Positions 21,448 through 31,275 of a stretch of 64,000 nt of DNA are shown piece after piece. Origin of the DNA: a virus. The translations under genes and the position numbers were made by a program. Each line of letters begins with the position of its first letter. Position 1 is the first letter of the stretch. The stretch lies in IMG/VR virus record IMGVR_UViG_3300049719_000158, positions 25,732-89,731 of that record, one strand, 5' to 3'. Under the pieces are notes generated by a model, which worked only from the letters and a program-made list of their open reading frames with translations, was not told the DNA's origin and searched no databases.

Positions 21448-22490
21448 TATTTCACCATATGTACAGCCGCTATTTTTTTGTGCATTACTTCAGGCCATTC
21501 AATAAATTCAAGCACCTCTTTTACTTGACGATCTAAATCTTCGTCATCAACATAAAGTATATGAACGTTACCATGTGACCAGTTTTTAAAACAATGATAA
21601 AGTTCTGAAATATATGTTAACGCTTTTTCATTTATTGTTGGGTCTAAATCATCACATATTCCAACAAATGATTTTCTGGTGCATATCAAAATTTTTGCAC
21701 CAATTTTGGTGTAATCATAATCTAACTTACGTAACATCCTCAAATCTGTTTCACGCTTAAAATATTGTGCATAAACCCATTCACACATATATGCACGATC
21801 AACTAATACACTTGTACACAATTGATATAATACATCCACAAAACGTGGTTCTGCATATCGTATTTCATTAATAAATCTATCTTGAGATAACAAGAAATTT
21901 TCATGTTCGTTTGAAACTTTAAAATAATTTATTCCTGTTATACGTTCAATTTCTCTAAGAATTGTTGTTTTTCCACATCTATCGGGTCCACCGCATAAAA
22001 GAACAACTTGTTGAGGATTTCCTCGACGATTTGTTCGTTCTTGAGCATTTTTGTGTTTTATACGATCTTCTTCTGACCACTTACGACCCATTCCTGCTTT
22101 ACTTAAATTTGAATGAGTTTCAGTGGAAACAATTCTGTGCCACGACGACATTTTTAATTTTGTTTCAAACGTCATTTCGCACCCGCACATTCCTTCACCT
22201 CCACGTGTCATATTGTATCCTTTGTCAGGATAATCATATATGAACGTTTGGTGCTCAGAAATTAGACGAATTTCTGCACTTTTTGCTTCTTCGCAAGAAG
22301 CAAATTCACCCAATATTTCATGTATCCATGCATCAATACCGTATTTTTGTATTGCTCTATGAAAAGCGTATTTTGATCCTCGCTTTGCTGATTTAATATG
22401 TCCTCGCCAGCATTCACTAATAGATGAATTAGTCCATCCAATGTACGCTTTTCCGTTAGTTGAATTTGTATGTTTATATACAAGAGGCAT
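21447..22490 (-). CDS. GIY-YIG/NUMOD3 domain fused to a dNMP kinase
   Basis: LVYKHTN..YIGWT, GYNMTRGGEG, then LLCGGPDRCGKTT P-loop and VDRAY.CEWVY; ATG at 22490 follows a promoter. Confidence 0.8.
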   Translation of the reverse strand: MPLVYKHTNSTNGKAYIGWTNSSISECWRGHIKSAKRGSKYAFHRAIQKYGIDAWIHEILGEFASCEEAKSAEIRLISEHQTFIYDYPDKGYNMTRGGEGMCGCEMTFETKLKMSSWHRIVSTETHSNLSKAGMGRKWSEEDRIKHKNAQERTNRRGNPQQVVLLCGGPDRCGKTTILREIERITGINYFKVSNEHENFLLSQDRFINEIRYAEPRFVDVLYQLCTSVLVDRAYMCEWVYAQYFKRETDLRMLRKLDYDYTKIGAKILICTRKSFVGICDDLDPTINEKALTYISELYHCFKNWSHGNVHILYVDDEDLDRQVKEVLEFIEWPEVMHKKIAAVHMVK

Positions 22491-22798
22491 GTGACAATAT
22501 TCTATTCTAACCAACGACAATTGTACACACTACAATAACTTAAACTCTGGATGTTCTTCGAGAAGAACACGCATTGCAACGTCGTAGTCGTTCGGTTCAA
22601 TGAACGAAAATCTCAATGCCCACCCAAGTGCTTCATGAATGATATCAAATTCCTTTTAAGACATTTAATTGTCTTCCTTTTCGTCAGGAACGTTCAAAAA
22701 CACGTACATCGACAATAATGCCAAGACTATTGCGACGAACAACCACGCGTCTTGCGTCATGTGTGGCCATTGAAAGTGAACGAGCCACGTTGGGGGCT

Positions 22799-23104
22799 TC
22801 ATTGTTCGACGATGCTACGCACCGCCTCAGAGAAGTTTGTGAAAGCTTGCTTTGCGACGAGGCCTATGTACCATCCTATGCCTCCAAACGACAACTTATA
22901 CGCATAACCTCCGCGCTTGCCTGCGTTATCAATGCGGGCAACGAGTTGTTCGTCGTGCATCTTCTTCAACGCGCTCGCAACAGTCGCAGAAGACAGATGC
23001 GTAGAAAAAATTTTGTTGAGTTCAGCAACTAACTGAGCGCACGTCATTGATTTTGGCGAACGTCCGAGAATTATTAAAAGTTGCTGTCGAATGGTGAGCG
23101 TCAT
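22799..23104 (-). CDS. Winged-helix DNA-binding protein
   Basis: MT..QL..EL..LSSATVASALKKM..LV.R..GY.Y. Confidence 0.6.
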   Translation of the reverse strand: MTLTIRQQLLIILGRSPKSMTCAQLVAELNKIFSTHLSSATVASALKKMHDEQLVARIDNAGKRGGYAYKLSFGGIGWYIGLVAKQAFTNFSEAVRSIVEQ

Positions 23105-23355
23105 AAACTTACCTTTTCTTGTTTTTCTTTTCTACTTTCGAATCCAAGCTTTTTTCTATTTGCGTTCCAATATTGCAATTTGCAACGTTGCGTAGTCATC
23201 GCCCATGTGATGCCCACACACAGGATAAACGTGCCTGTAACCTATCATAAGATATGCTCCTCGTGGATTTGGACACCCGCACTGCAAACACCAAACAAAG
23301 CGCTTTCGCCACGTGCATCGGTGCCATAAAGCAAATCGCCATCCAACATGTGTCA

Positions 23356-23595
23356 TCACTTGCACTCTTTACAATAAGTCTCGCATAGACTATGCTCACA
23401 ACACCACTTCTTTTCACACCCTGAAACGACCCAAAACTTGGGTTCACTAAACGCTTTTGAGTACGTGCCCTTGAAACCTGAGACAAACGTGAGGTTGGTG
23501 CACTTCGTCATGTATTGACTTATTTGCATACGATCGTCGTATGAAATGCAGCTGAACAAAGATAAAGAAACGAGCATTGCTAGAATTGTTTTCAT
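23356..23595 (-). CDS. Small putative lipoprotein
   Basis: MKTILAMLVSLSLFSC lipobox-like signal. Confidence 0.55.
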   Translation of the reverse strand: MKTILAMLVSLSLFSCISYDDRMQISQYMTKCTNLTFVSGFKGTYSKAFSEPKFWVVSGCEKKWCCEHSLCETYCKECK

Positions 23596-24875
23596 TTTAC
23601 TATCCTAAACTTCGGTCGCATCGGTGTATCATCGTCGGGTGAGTGAATGCTTTCAATGTATGTTTTAAACTCCTGCTCGCAGGGCACGCTGTTCGAGTCG
23701 GGCACCCACGCACCGTTGATGGGAGGAACTTGCTTGAACGCAAGACGCGAATGTTTCGCTTGAGCTCTTCGGTAGACATTAATTATCTTTCAATCATTGT
23801 CTGACACCAGCCAAGTTCATCGTCGTTCAGTGACACGTCGCTCTCAAACCCGTCCTTGTCGAACACGTGAACTGTCTTCTCGACGTCAGATGGGAGCACA
23901 ACAAAGTTCTTGTCGCTCCACGAAAGCTTGTCGTCGTCGAAATCATCGCCGTCCCAGTTGACTGCGAGCTCAAAGTCTCGCGTCTTTGGTCGAAACTCAA
24001 TCATGACGTAGCCGAACGAGTGATGCGTAGTCAACGTGATGTTGTTCATGAAATCAATATATCACAATTCTCAAAAGATTACACCTTCCATGGATTTTTA
24101 ATCGCTAATGCTTGAGCTGCGCGGCGCTTTACACGAACGTGTTTTTCTTTGAGACAATCGATCAAATGAAAATATTTTCCATGATTTTCATTCTCTTCAA
24201 AGTCTATTTCGTCCTGTATGTCCCACTGCCGGCGCACTAATGCTGCAACTCGAAAGTCCCAGCCTTTGCGAAGCTGATTGCGAATTGAACGTTCTACAAT
24301 TTCAACGTCGGCGCAATCATATGCATCTGTGGCTTTGTAAGGTGTTAGTTTCATTTTATTCTTCCATTTTTGATCAGGCTTCGAATACTTCTTCAAGTTC
24401 ATTCGTCGTATCCATCTAAAATCCAAAAACACGTCGTGCACAGTGCACCGCCAAACTTTGGCGACGAAGGTTCTTTGAGAGGTAACTTGCAGCACTGACA
24501 CTCATGTTCAAGTTCTTCAGGTTCTTCTTTTTCTTCTTCAATCATTGAATGATAATACCACACTCACCAATGTTTTACACAAAACCACCCTTCACATGGA
24601 GCGGCGCGTAAGTCTCCAGGGCCTGCAATGTTGCCAAGAAAACGCCCACACTCAGTACAATACGGGTGCACAATTTCAAACTCGCAACCTCTTCCAAACC
24701 ATATAACAATGGCTTCCAATCGCGTTTAAACATCTTAATTTTAATATTAATCAACGCATTCGGTGTTGTACAAATTATTTTACGAAAAAGACAATTCATG
24801 TCATCCCACGATGGGATGACTATTCTTGTCAAAGTCTCGAACATAAAAAGCTCAACAACCACGTCAACAACTTTT

Positions 24876-26777
24876 TCATACTGTCACTTCCTTGCACTTG
24901 TGTATTCTCGTTGAAACTCCGAAGTCATTCCTCTCACACTCAGCTACGTATAACGCAAATGGCACCAAGTCTTGGTTTGCACCCCAAACGTTGATCTTCA
25001 CGTTTTTGGTGCCAATTCCGAGCGTGTCGGCACACACGTAGCTCTTGCCTGCCTTTGTCTTCTTCAGGAGAGACCTTACACAAACAAAGTAGTACAAGTC
25101 CTTCGCGCCTTCTTGACACATGTTGATTGGCTTTATTCCCTTGGCGTCAAGGCGCTCAAACACTGCCTTGTCTATCAAGGACACCGTATCGATGGCGCCT
25201 GTGATTTCAAGCATGAAAGAAGCCAACTCCTTCTTCGACCACTCGTCGCACTGGCCCACAGTTCGAGCCAGCTCGTACATTGTGCGCATGCCGATGTGTG
25301 GGTCGTTCTTCTTGCAGTGGCGTATCTTGCCGTCCATGAGAACTTCGTGCATTCCCTTGTAGGACTTGAAAAGCTTGTCCTCGCCCACGCAGTCAAGGCT
25401 CTCGAAGGCTCGAAGCTTCACGAGGGCCTCAAACCCACGCTTGTTGAACTTGCTGAAGCGCCACGTGCCGTCAGCGTTGTAGAGCATGTGCTCGAGGCTG
25501 TCAAAGGGACGAAGCGACATGAGCTCGGCTACTGCTGCGGCGCCGACGCCTTTGCAGGAGAGGAACGAGGGAACGAAAGTCTTCTTCTCCTTGATACAGA
25601 CCCACTTTGATGAGGAGTAGTTGACGTCGAGGGACATGACCTTGTAACCGAGCTCTTTTACTTGGGAGACGGCCAACGCCTTGTCTTCGTCCGAGGAGAC
25701 TGACTCGAGGTACGTGGCGAGCCATTCGTCGGGATATTTAGTGAAAAGCCAGCTGCAATAAAAGCTATCGATTGCATATGCGGTGGCATGCGAACAATTT
25801 GAAACAGATATGTCATTTGCAAAAAATGTGTGATCTGGATGATCTACTGTAAGATCATATGTCATTTCAGGAGCACATTTTTTAATGCTAACGATTTCGT
25901 CAAGTAATTTGGTCGTTGTAACAACATGTTCACATTTACACGACATTATTTCTTTTAGTGATTTTAACCCAAACGGTGTCATTATTTTGTGATCAATGGT
26001 ACAACGAAGCGTTTTGCCAGATTCTGTTCTTAGCTCGTATACTTCGTTCACACCTTGATCAAGTTGATTGAGCACCTTTACATAACCATTTTCAGACAAA
26101 ACGTGCTCACCCGGGATGACGTCTTTAATTGATACTGTCCCACGTTCCTTTGTTTTCACAAACGAAGTGGCGGACAGACAATTAAACCCATATCCCGCAA
26201 AAAATAGAATATTTGCATATGCTTTTCGAGCTATTTCTTCAGGAACAGAATTCTTTATCGCACCGTTCATGAAATCGTCTTCGAGCGCAAGAGCTTTTTT
26301 CTTTGCCTCTTCGCCACCTGACGTCGAACGCTTCATGATTGCTCGGCGAACTTCGTCACACTTCTCCATCGGAAATCCACCGACGTAATGTGCCAAATTC
26401 ATCACATCTTCCTGAAAAATTAAGAGACCTCGAGTTTCTTTTAGAACTTCGTTGATTAACGGGTGACCCCAGTCGTAGGGTTCATGTTCATGTTTGACCC
26501 AGAGGTCATGCACCCTCGCTGAAAGGGGTCCCGGGCGATAAATTGACGTTAATGCAGCAATATCCATTATTGATTTTGGTTTTGCTTTTTTAAATAAATT
26601 TTGAGCTCCTTTCGACGTGAGCTGAAATATGATTGGGAAGTGACCGTCCTCATAAACATGCTTGTAAACTTCTTGATCGTTCAAATCAATGGTATCAAGT
26701 CCCATGTTTTGTTCGTACCATGAACGAACATCAGAAAACGAAGGTTCAACTTTTGTGATTGACGTTATTTTTGACAT
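24876..26777 (-). CDS. dnaE: DNA polymerase III alpha, C-terminal fragment, with mini-intein
   Basis: IFQL, YRPGP, LIFQE, AGYGFN|intein|CSHATAY, KGVG HhH motif. Confidence 0.92.
   Translation of the reverse strand: MSKITSITKVEPSFSDVRSWYEQNMGLDTIDLNDQEVYKHVYEDGHFPIIFQLTSKGAQNLFKKAKPKSIMDIAALTSIYRPGPLSARVHDLWVKHEHEPYDWGHPLINEVLKETRGLLIFQEDVMNLAHYVGGFPMEKCDEVRRAIMKRSTSGGEEAKKKALALEDDFMNGAIKNSVPEEIARKAYANILFFAGYGFNCLSATSFVKTKERGTVSIKDVIPGEHVLSENGYVKVLNQLDQGVNEVYELRTESGKTLRCTIDHKIMTPFGLKSLKEIMSCKCEHVVTTTKLLDEIVSIKKCAPEMTYDLTVDHPDHTFFANDISVSNCSHATAYAIDSFYCSWLFTKYPDEWLATYLESVSSDEDKALAVSQVKELGYKVMSLDVNYSSSKWVCIKEKKTFVPSFLSCKGVGAAAVAELMSLRPFDSLEHMLYNADGTWRFSKFNKRGFEALVKLRAFESLDCVGEDKLFKSYKGMHEVLMDGKIRHCKKNDPHIGMRTMYELARTVGQCDEWSKKELASFMLEITGAIDTVSLIDKAVFERLDAKGIKPINMCQEGAKDLYYFVCVRSLLKKTKAGKSYVCADTLGIGTKNVKINVWGANQDLVPFALYVAECERNDFGVSTRIHKCKEVTV
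25797..26180 (-). other. 128-aa mini-intein in DnaE-C
   Basis: Starts CLSATS, block B TIDH, block F TYDLTV..HTFFAN, ends SN followed by Cys. Confidence 0.9.
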
Positions 26778-28003
26778 ATTATATTCAAGAACTGTTCAAA
26801 AGAAGTTTCGTTATCAATAATACGAATAAAATTTAAATCTTGTAGTTTAAACCATTCGTTTTGTTGCAAGTCACGTTGCATTGTGTCAAATATAACCTTA
26901 TCTCTTGGCTTTTTAAACTCTTTAATTTCATCAATTGATCTGTTCAACCCATGCCAATACGTTCCATCAAATTGGACGTATGTATCAATTGATTTTATAT
27001 AAAAATCTATTGCCCAACCGTTAACATTTTGTTGACGTACTACGTCGTCAATACTGAATAGTGAAACTAAAAATTCGTAAAATCTATCTTCAGATTTAGA
27101 CTTACCATATGAACCATTTTTCTTCATTGTTTGATGAATTTTTTCTTGAATTTCAGGACGCTTCAACTCTTCACTAATTTTTGCACGAACTTCAGGTAAT
27201 TTTGAAAGGTTATCAACGCCAAATTTCTCAATCCAAGAATTCACACAGTCTTTTCTATCACCTGCCCAATTGTGTTCATAACCGTGTCTAACAAGATTTA
27301 TTTGACGTATCTTTTCTTGAATTACTGGTGAAGCGTACACATTTTCAACGCCATAACGTTCAATGTTAGTTTCCTTGATGTGTTCTCGCACTATCGTTGA
27401 GCCAATTGCATACTCACAACCATAACGCTCGAGATTTGTCTTGGTTCTACTAATTTTTGCTTTTTCTTTTATACTTTCGACCTTATTTGGACTTGAAACG
27501 CCATAATTTTTCATGTACGTTTCAACTGCTTTTGCTTTCACTACGGGTGACGACGAAGCGTGTTCGTACCCATACTTCTCCATGCAAAATTCTTTTTTCT
27601 GTAACAATGCACGTTGGTGATGAACGCGTCCACAGTAAACTACACCCGTAGACGTATGAGAAAACTTTCCAAAATCTTTATCAATCCAATCGCAACCAGT
27701 GCCGGGATTGACATATGTTTCTTCAACGAGCTTTATTAGATCACCATACTTTTCAAGTAACAGCTGTTTTATTTTTAAAATGTCTCTTTCACGTTTTTCT
27801 TTTGCTTTTCGCTCTTTGTGATAAAAACCCTCAAAAAAATGATCAAGTCGTTGTGTAAATCTTCCAAATTCAATGTCAATGAAATCACATTTTGATTTTA
27901 GACCTGAAAATGTGTTGTCAACTATCGTAACCGTATTTCCAAACTTTGCAAAAATTGCTTCTTTTACAAGTTTTAACTTTTCTTCTTTTGACTTACGTTT
28001 CAT
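26765..28003 (-). CDS. Free-standing Vsr/DUF559-like homing endonuclease between the dnaE halves
   Basis: TNLERYG repeats, SKSED, WAIDFY, QFDGTYWHG; likely start MKRKSK at 28003. Confidence 0.85.
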   Translation of the reverse strand: MKRKSKEEKLKLVKEAIFAKFGNTVTIVDNTFSGLKSKCDFIDIEFGRFTQRLDHFFEGFYHKERKAKEKRERDILKIKQLLLEKYGDLIKLVEETYVNPGTGCDWIDKDFGKFSHTSTGVVYCGRVHHQRALLQKKEFCMEKYGYEHASSSPVVKAKAVETYMKNYGVSSPNKVESIKEKAKISRTKTNLERYGCEYAIGSTIVREHIKETNIERYGVENVYASPVIQEKIRQINLVRHGYEHNWAGDRKDCVNSWIEKFGVDNLSKLPEVRAKISEELKRPEIQEKIHQTMKKNGSYGKSKSEDRFYEFLVSLFSIDDVVRQQNVNGWAIDFYIKSIDTYVQFDGTYWHGLNRSIDEIKEFKKPRDKVIFDTMQRDLQQNEWFKLQDLNFIRIIDNETSFEQFLNIICQK

Positions 28004-28163
28004 CACCAAACCTAAAAAACACACCTTCCAAAGAACCACTTTCACCAAGTGAAAACGAACCACTTGATGTCATCTTGAATAAGTCTGCTGAAACTTTATC
28101 ATTATTTGTAGTTGTGTCAATAGGACATATTGTGAAGTTTAAATTTTTATCATCTTTTGTCAT
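27993..28163 (-). CDS. 56-aa small ORF in the dnaE gap
   Basis: Manual translation MTKDDKNLNFTICPID...FRFGDET; starts 2 nt after dnaE-N stop and overlaps the endonuclease start. Confidence 0.45.
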   Translation of the reverse strand: MTKDDKNLNFTICPIDTTTNNDKVSADLFKMTSSGSFSLGESGSLEGVFFRFGDET

Positions 28164-28165
28164 AA

Positions 28166-30919
28166 TCACATTTTTTCTATTGGTATCACTACGTCGTCAC
28201 TAATTTTTAATTCCCGTACAAAGACGTATTGACCATTTGTTAACTTAACTTTGTCATTCTTATTTAATTTATAATTTATTCCATCAATACACACATTTAC
28301 AAGTTCGTTTTCTAAAATTAAACTAATGCTATTTTCTATTAGACGCAAAGTGGATAGCCCGAGGATATCCATTTTTATCCACTGTGCAATTTTTTCTAAC
28401 TCCTTAACATTCATACCTTCGGTCCATGGACTTTGCGGTTCTCCTCCTGACATTATGAGTGGCATCTGCTTCGCAATGTCGTCCGCAATCAACACGCCAC
28501 CTGCGTGTCTTGACAAGCTCTTGTTTTGCTTGAACAAGATCTTCATCGAAGCTCCAATTTCTGGATGTGCCTCGATGAAATCCCTGAACGACTTGCTATA
28601 TTCCATTGCAGCATCATAGGTTAACACAAACAAATTCTTGTCATCACCTTCTTTTAAGGTTGCCTTTCTTACTTCGTGTTCAACGGATGCAGTGGCCCTG
28701 TTCGCCTCTTCAAAGGGAATGCCATAGAACTTGCTCAAGTCTTTGATCAGCGATTTAACTTTGAGCAAGTTATAATTACTGATAGGAATTACATTCGTGT
28801 TTCCAAACTCTTTGCGCAATACATCTAAAACCTTGTCGCGGTCGCCGATATCGGTGTCAATATCCGCCATGCCTTGGCGATATTTACTCAGGAATCTGGA
28901 AAACGGTAACTTCCATCTAATTGGATCAAGTTCGGTGATGTACAAAACGTAATTAACCAAACTTCCCCCGCCTGATCCTCTCGCAGGTCCTACAAGGGTG
29001 ACTTCACGAGCGAGTTCTATCACTTTTTGGTATGTGATGAAGTACTCGGCCATGTTCAGAAACTCAATTACTTCAAGTTCCTCCTTGATCCTCTCTACGT
29101 ACTCCCGCTTTCCCTTTAGCCCGCGCTTCTTTAGCCCTTCGATGCATAAATACGACAGGTGTTCTATCGGCGTCCTATCCTTTGGCACAAGCTTCTTCGG
29201 AAGCTTTATCGTCCTGTCGGGCTGCACGTCACCTATCTCTTCAAATGCTATATCGTGGCCTCGTTCTACAGCATCGCAGACGAGATCATCAATGCTATCG
29301 TCGTATAAATCAGAGCGCTGCTTTGCTTTTTTATACTCCTCCCAGATTTGTAAATGATTCTTAGGATAAAGCTCGCACTTTAATTCCTCTCTCGACTTCG
29401 GCAAGAGATCAGGAGAGTACATGTCAAAGCTGACGTACGCGAGCTTCTTGTAGATCTCCCGTTCACGCCAGACGTCAGGGTTGTAGTAGTGCGCATCGCA
29501 GGTGACCAGGAGTTTATTAGTCAACCCATTTCTCTTGGCAAACTCGATCAAAGACAAGTTGATGATGTCCTGCGCGGCGAGCTTGTTGAACTGTAGCTCA
29601 AGGTACGTGTCTCCCTTACCGAACATGTCAACGAGCATCTCGTATGCATTGCCAACGGCATTGACGCAGTTTTCTTTGGTCTGCTTGTTACGAAGCAAGT
29701 TGACATCGAGCTCGTCGAACTTGTACTGTTCAAGGAGCTTGAAGATGTTGTAGCCCGGGAGACCTGAGATACAATTGTGTACCAAGATGTCATCAGCAAA
29801 GAAGTTGTGGGTGTCAACGACTTCAATGTCATAGACGTCTGAATTGCCACAAGGATTTACCGTTTCAATTTCAATGAACTCAACTGCGTCGTTGTCTTTG
29901 TATGCCTTTACACCTTGATGATGAAACCACTCAACGTATTGAGCACAATGTCGAGCGTGATTATGAGGAACGCGACAAGTGCAGTAATTCTTGTATGTTT
30001 CAAGTCGATAGAGAATTTTGTCATCATGCCAAAGTTTTCCTGCCTCGACCCATCCACGTTTGGTGAACAACCTGTGATCTGCAGTGAGTTTTATTTTTGC
30101 TCCGTTCATCAAGCACACTTCGACGATGGGCGTGTTGTAACGCGTCTTGTCTCCCCATGTCACCCGTCTGTGAACAATTTCATGCTTGTCTTCGTCCCAA
30201 GACATGACGTCTATTCGTTCGTTGTTCTTGTAAATTTTGACGACTTCTTCGATCGTGATCTTACCACGATCAGTCCAAATCATCGTGTCAGGGTGCAGGC
30301 ACGCCGTGCTCGCCAACACGTTGCCACGCGTCAAAGTCTCCTTGACCATCTTCACGTCGATGCGGGGAAACCTATACAAACCCTCGAGAAAGCTTCTCGA
30401 TGTCAGGTGAAACAACTCTTGCAGGCCCTGCGAGTTCTTTGGCAACAGAACAAGGTGGTGACGTCGGTTGACCGGGTTGAAGTGCTTTGTAGACTTGCTT
30501 TCGTCCTCGTTCTCAATGACAATTGCTGAAGACGTGTCAATGTCGACGATGTCATCGGAGCTGGAACGAGTGATGTTGAGCTGAGTCTCGACGGGAGTGC
30601 GGGATTTCTTTTTTAATCCTGCCTTTTCATCGTCGTGTTGAAGCTTGTCGAGCTTCCATTGTTCTAAGTCGGGGTGGAAATAAGCCTCGATGCCAGGGAG
30701 GTAGCGGAATTCTTTGCCTGACTTGTGCCAGCCTTCGACAAGAAGCTGGGAGCGGGCGTAACCCGACATGTTCCCGTGATCCGTAAGAGCATGTCCACTT
30801 ATTCCGTTCTCAATGCAAAAGGAAAAAATATCATCAGGATACCCAAGCGCGTCATTGCACGAAAAATTACTATGGTTGTGAAGCGAAATATACTTTTGAG
30901 GAGTTTTTTCTGACATCAT
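28166..30919 (-). CDS. dnaE: DNA polymerase III alpha, N-terminal fragment (PHP + palm), with mini-intein
   Basis: LHNHS, TDHG, GIEAY, DAHY, GPARGSGGGS, DIDTD, RHAGG, KMDILGL. Confidence 0.95.
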   Translation of the reverse strand: MMSEKTPQKYISLHNHSNFSCNDALGYPDDIFSFCIENGISGHALTDHGNMSGYARSQLLVEGWHKSGKEFRYLPGIEAYFHPDLEQWKLDKLQHDDEKAGLKKKSRTPVETQLNITRSSSDDIVDIDTSSAIVIENEDESKSTKHFNPVNRRHHLVLLPKNSQGLQELFHLTSRSFLEGLYRFPRIDVKMVKETLTRGNVLASTACLHPDTMIWTDRGKITIEEVVKIYKNNERIDVMSWDEDKHEIVHRRVTWGDKTRYNTPIVEVCLMNGAKIKLTADHRLFTKRGWVEAGKLWHDDKILYRLETYKNYCTCRVPHNHARHCAQYVEWFHHQGVKAYKDNDAVEFIEIETVNPCGNSDVYDIEVVDTHNFFADDILVHNCISGLPGYNIFKLLEQYKFDELDVNLLRNKQTKENCVNAVGNAYEMLVDMFGKGDTYLELQFNKLAAQDIINLSLIEFAKRNGLTNKLLVTCDAHYYNPDVWREREIYKKLAYVSFDMYSPDLLPKSREELKCELYPKNHLQIWEEYKKAKQRSDLYDDSIDDLVCDAVERGHDIAFEEIGDVQPDRTIKLPKKLVPKDRTPIEHLSYLCIEGLKKRGLKGKREYVERIKEELEVIEFLNMAEYFITYQKVIELAREVTLVGPARGSGGGSLVNYVLYITELDPIRWKLPFSRFLSKYRQGMADIDTDIGDRDKVLDVLRKEFGNTNVIPISNYNLLKVKSLIKDLSKFYGIPFEEANRATASVEHEVRKATLKEGDDKNLFVLTYDAAMEYSKSFRDFIEAHPEIGASMKILFKQNKSLSRHAGGVLIADDIAKQMPLIMSGGEPQSPWTEGMNVKELEKIAQWIKMDILGLSTLRLIENSISLILENELVNVCIDGINYKLNKNDKVKLTNGQYVFVRELKISDDVVIPIEKM
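29774..30301 (-). other. 176-aa mini-intein in the DnaE PHP domain
   Basis: ASTA|CLHPDT ... TADH ... VYDIEV..HNFFA..LVHN|CISG. Confidence 0.92.
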
Positions 30920-31275
30920 TTACCTTCCCAAGTCGGGATCAACTTCCTATATTTTACCTTAAATTCACCATATTGTTTACCCTCAATTAAGATTATTTTA
31001 ATCTCCGGGAATAATTTTGGCATCAGTTCAATTTGATTTCTTGACCTGTCATTCATTCTACCCTTAAGCTCATACCACACATTGTCTTCACTAACATAAA
31101 AATCGGGAGTGTACGTTAGATTGTTTGCCAAACGAAAAGTTCTTGGCTCGTATTCCCACGTTTTATTCTCGTAATTCAAAATTCTTGCAAAATTTGCTTC
31201 CCAATTTGAGCGACAGGTCTTCCCAAATTTCTTGGACTGCAACACGTAGCCAAAATCTTTAACTAAACTCTTCAC
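30916..31275 (-). CDS. PD-(D/E)xK nuclease, probably a truncated homing endonuclease
   Basis: RSNWEANFAR, YEP..F, YTPDF, ELKG. Confidence 0.75.
   Translation of the reverse strand: MKSLVKDFGYVLQSKKFGKTCRSNWEANFARILNYENKTWEYEPRTFRLANNLTYTPDFYVSEDNVWYELKGRMNDRSRNQIELMPKLFPEIKIILIEGKQYGEFKVKYRKLIPTWEGK

Noticed and set aside
24972-25610. Long antisense ORFs (also 29915..30529, 62455..62967, 55441..55917)
   Set aside because: Shadow frames of well-supported genes with no recognisable motifs
26777-28166. Group I intron or canonical split intein in dnaE
   Set aside because: The gap is fully occupied by ORFs with no room for a ribozyme core, and the C-half lacks HN plus C/S/T; RT-PCR is needed for formal exclusion
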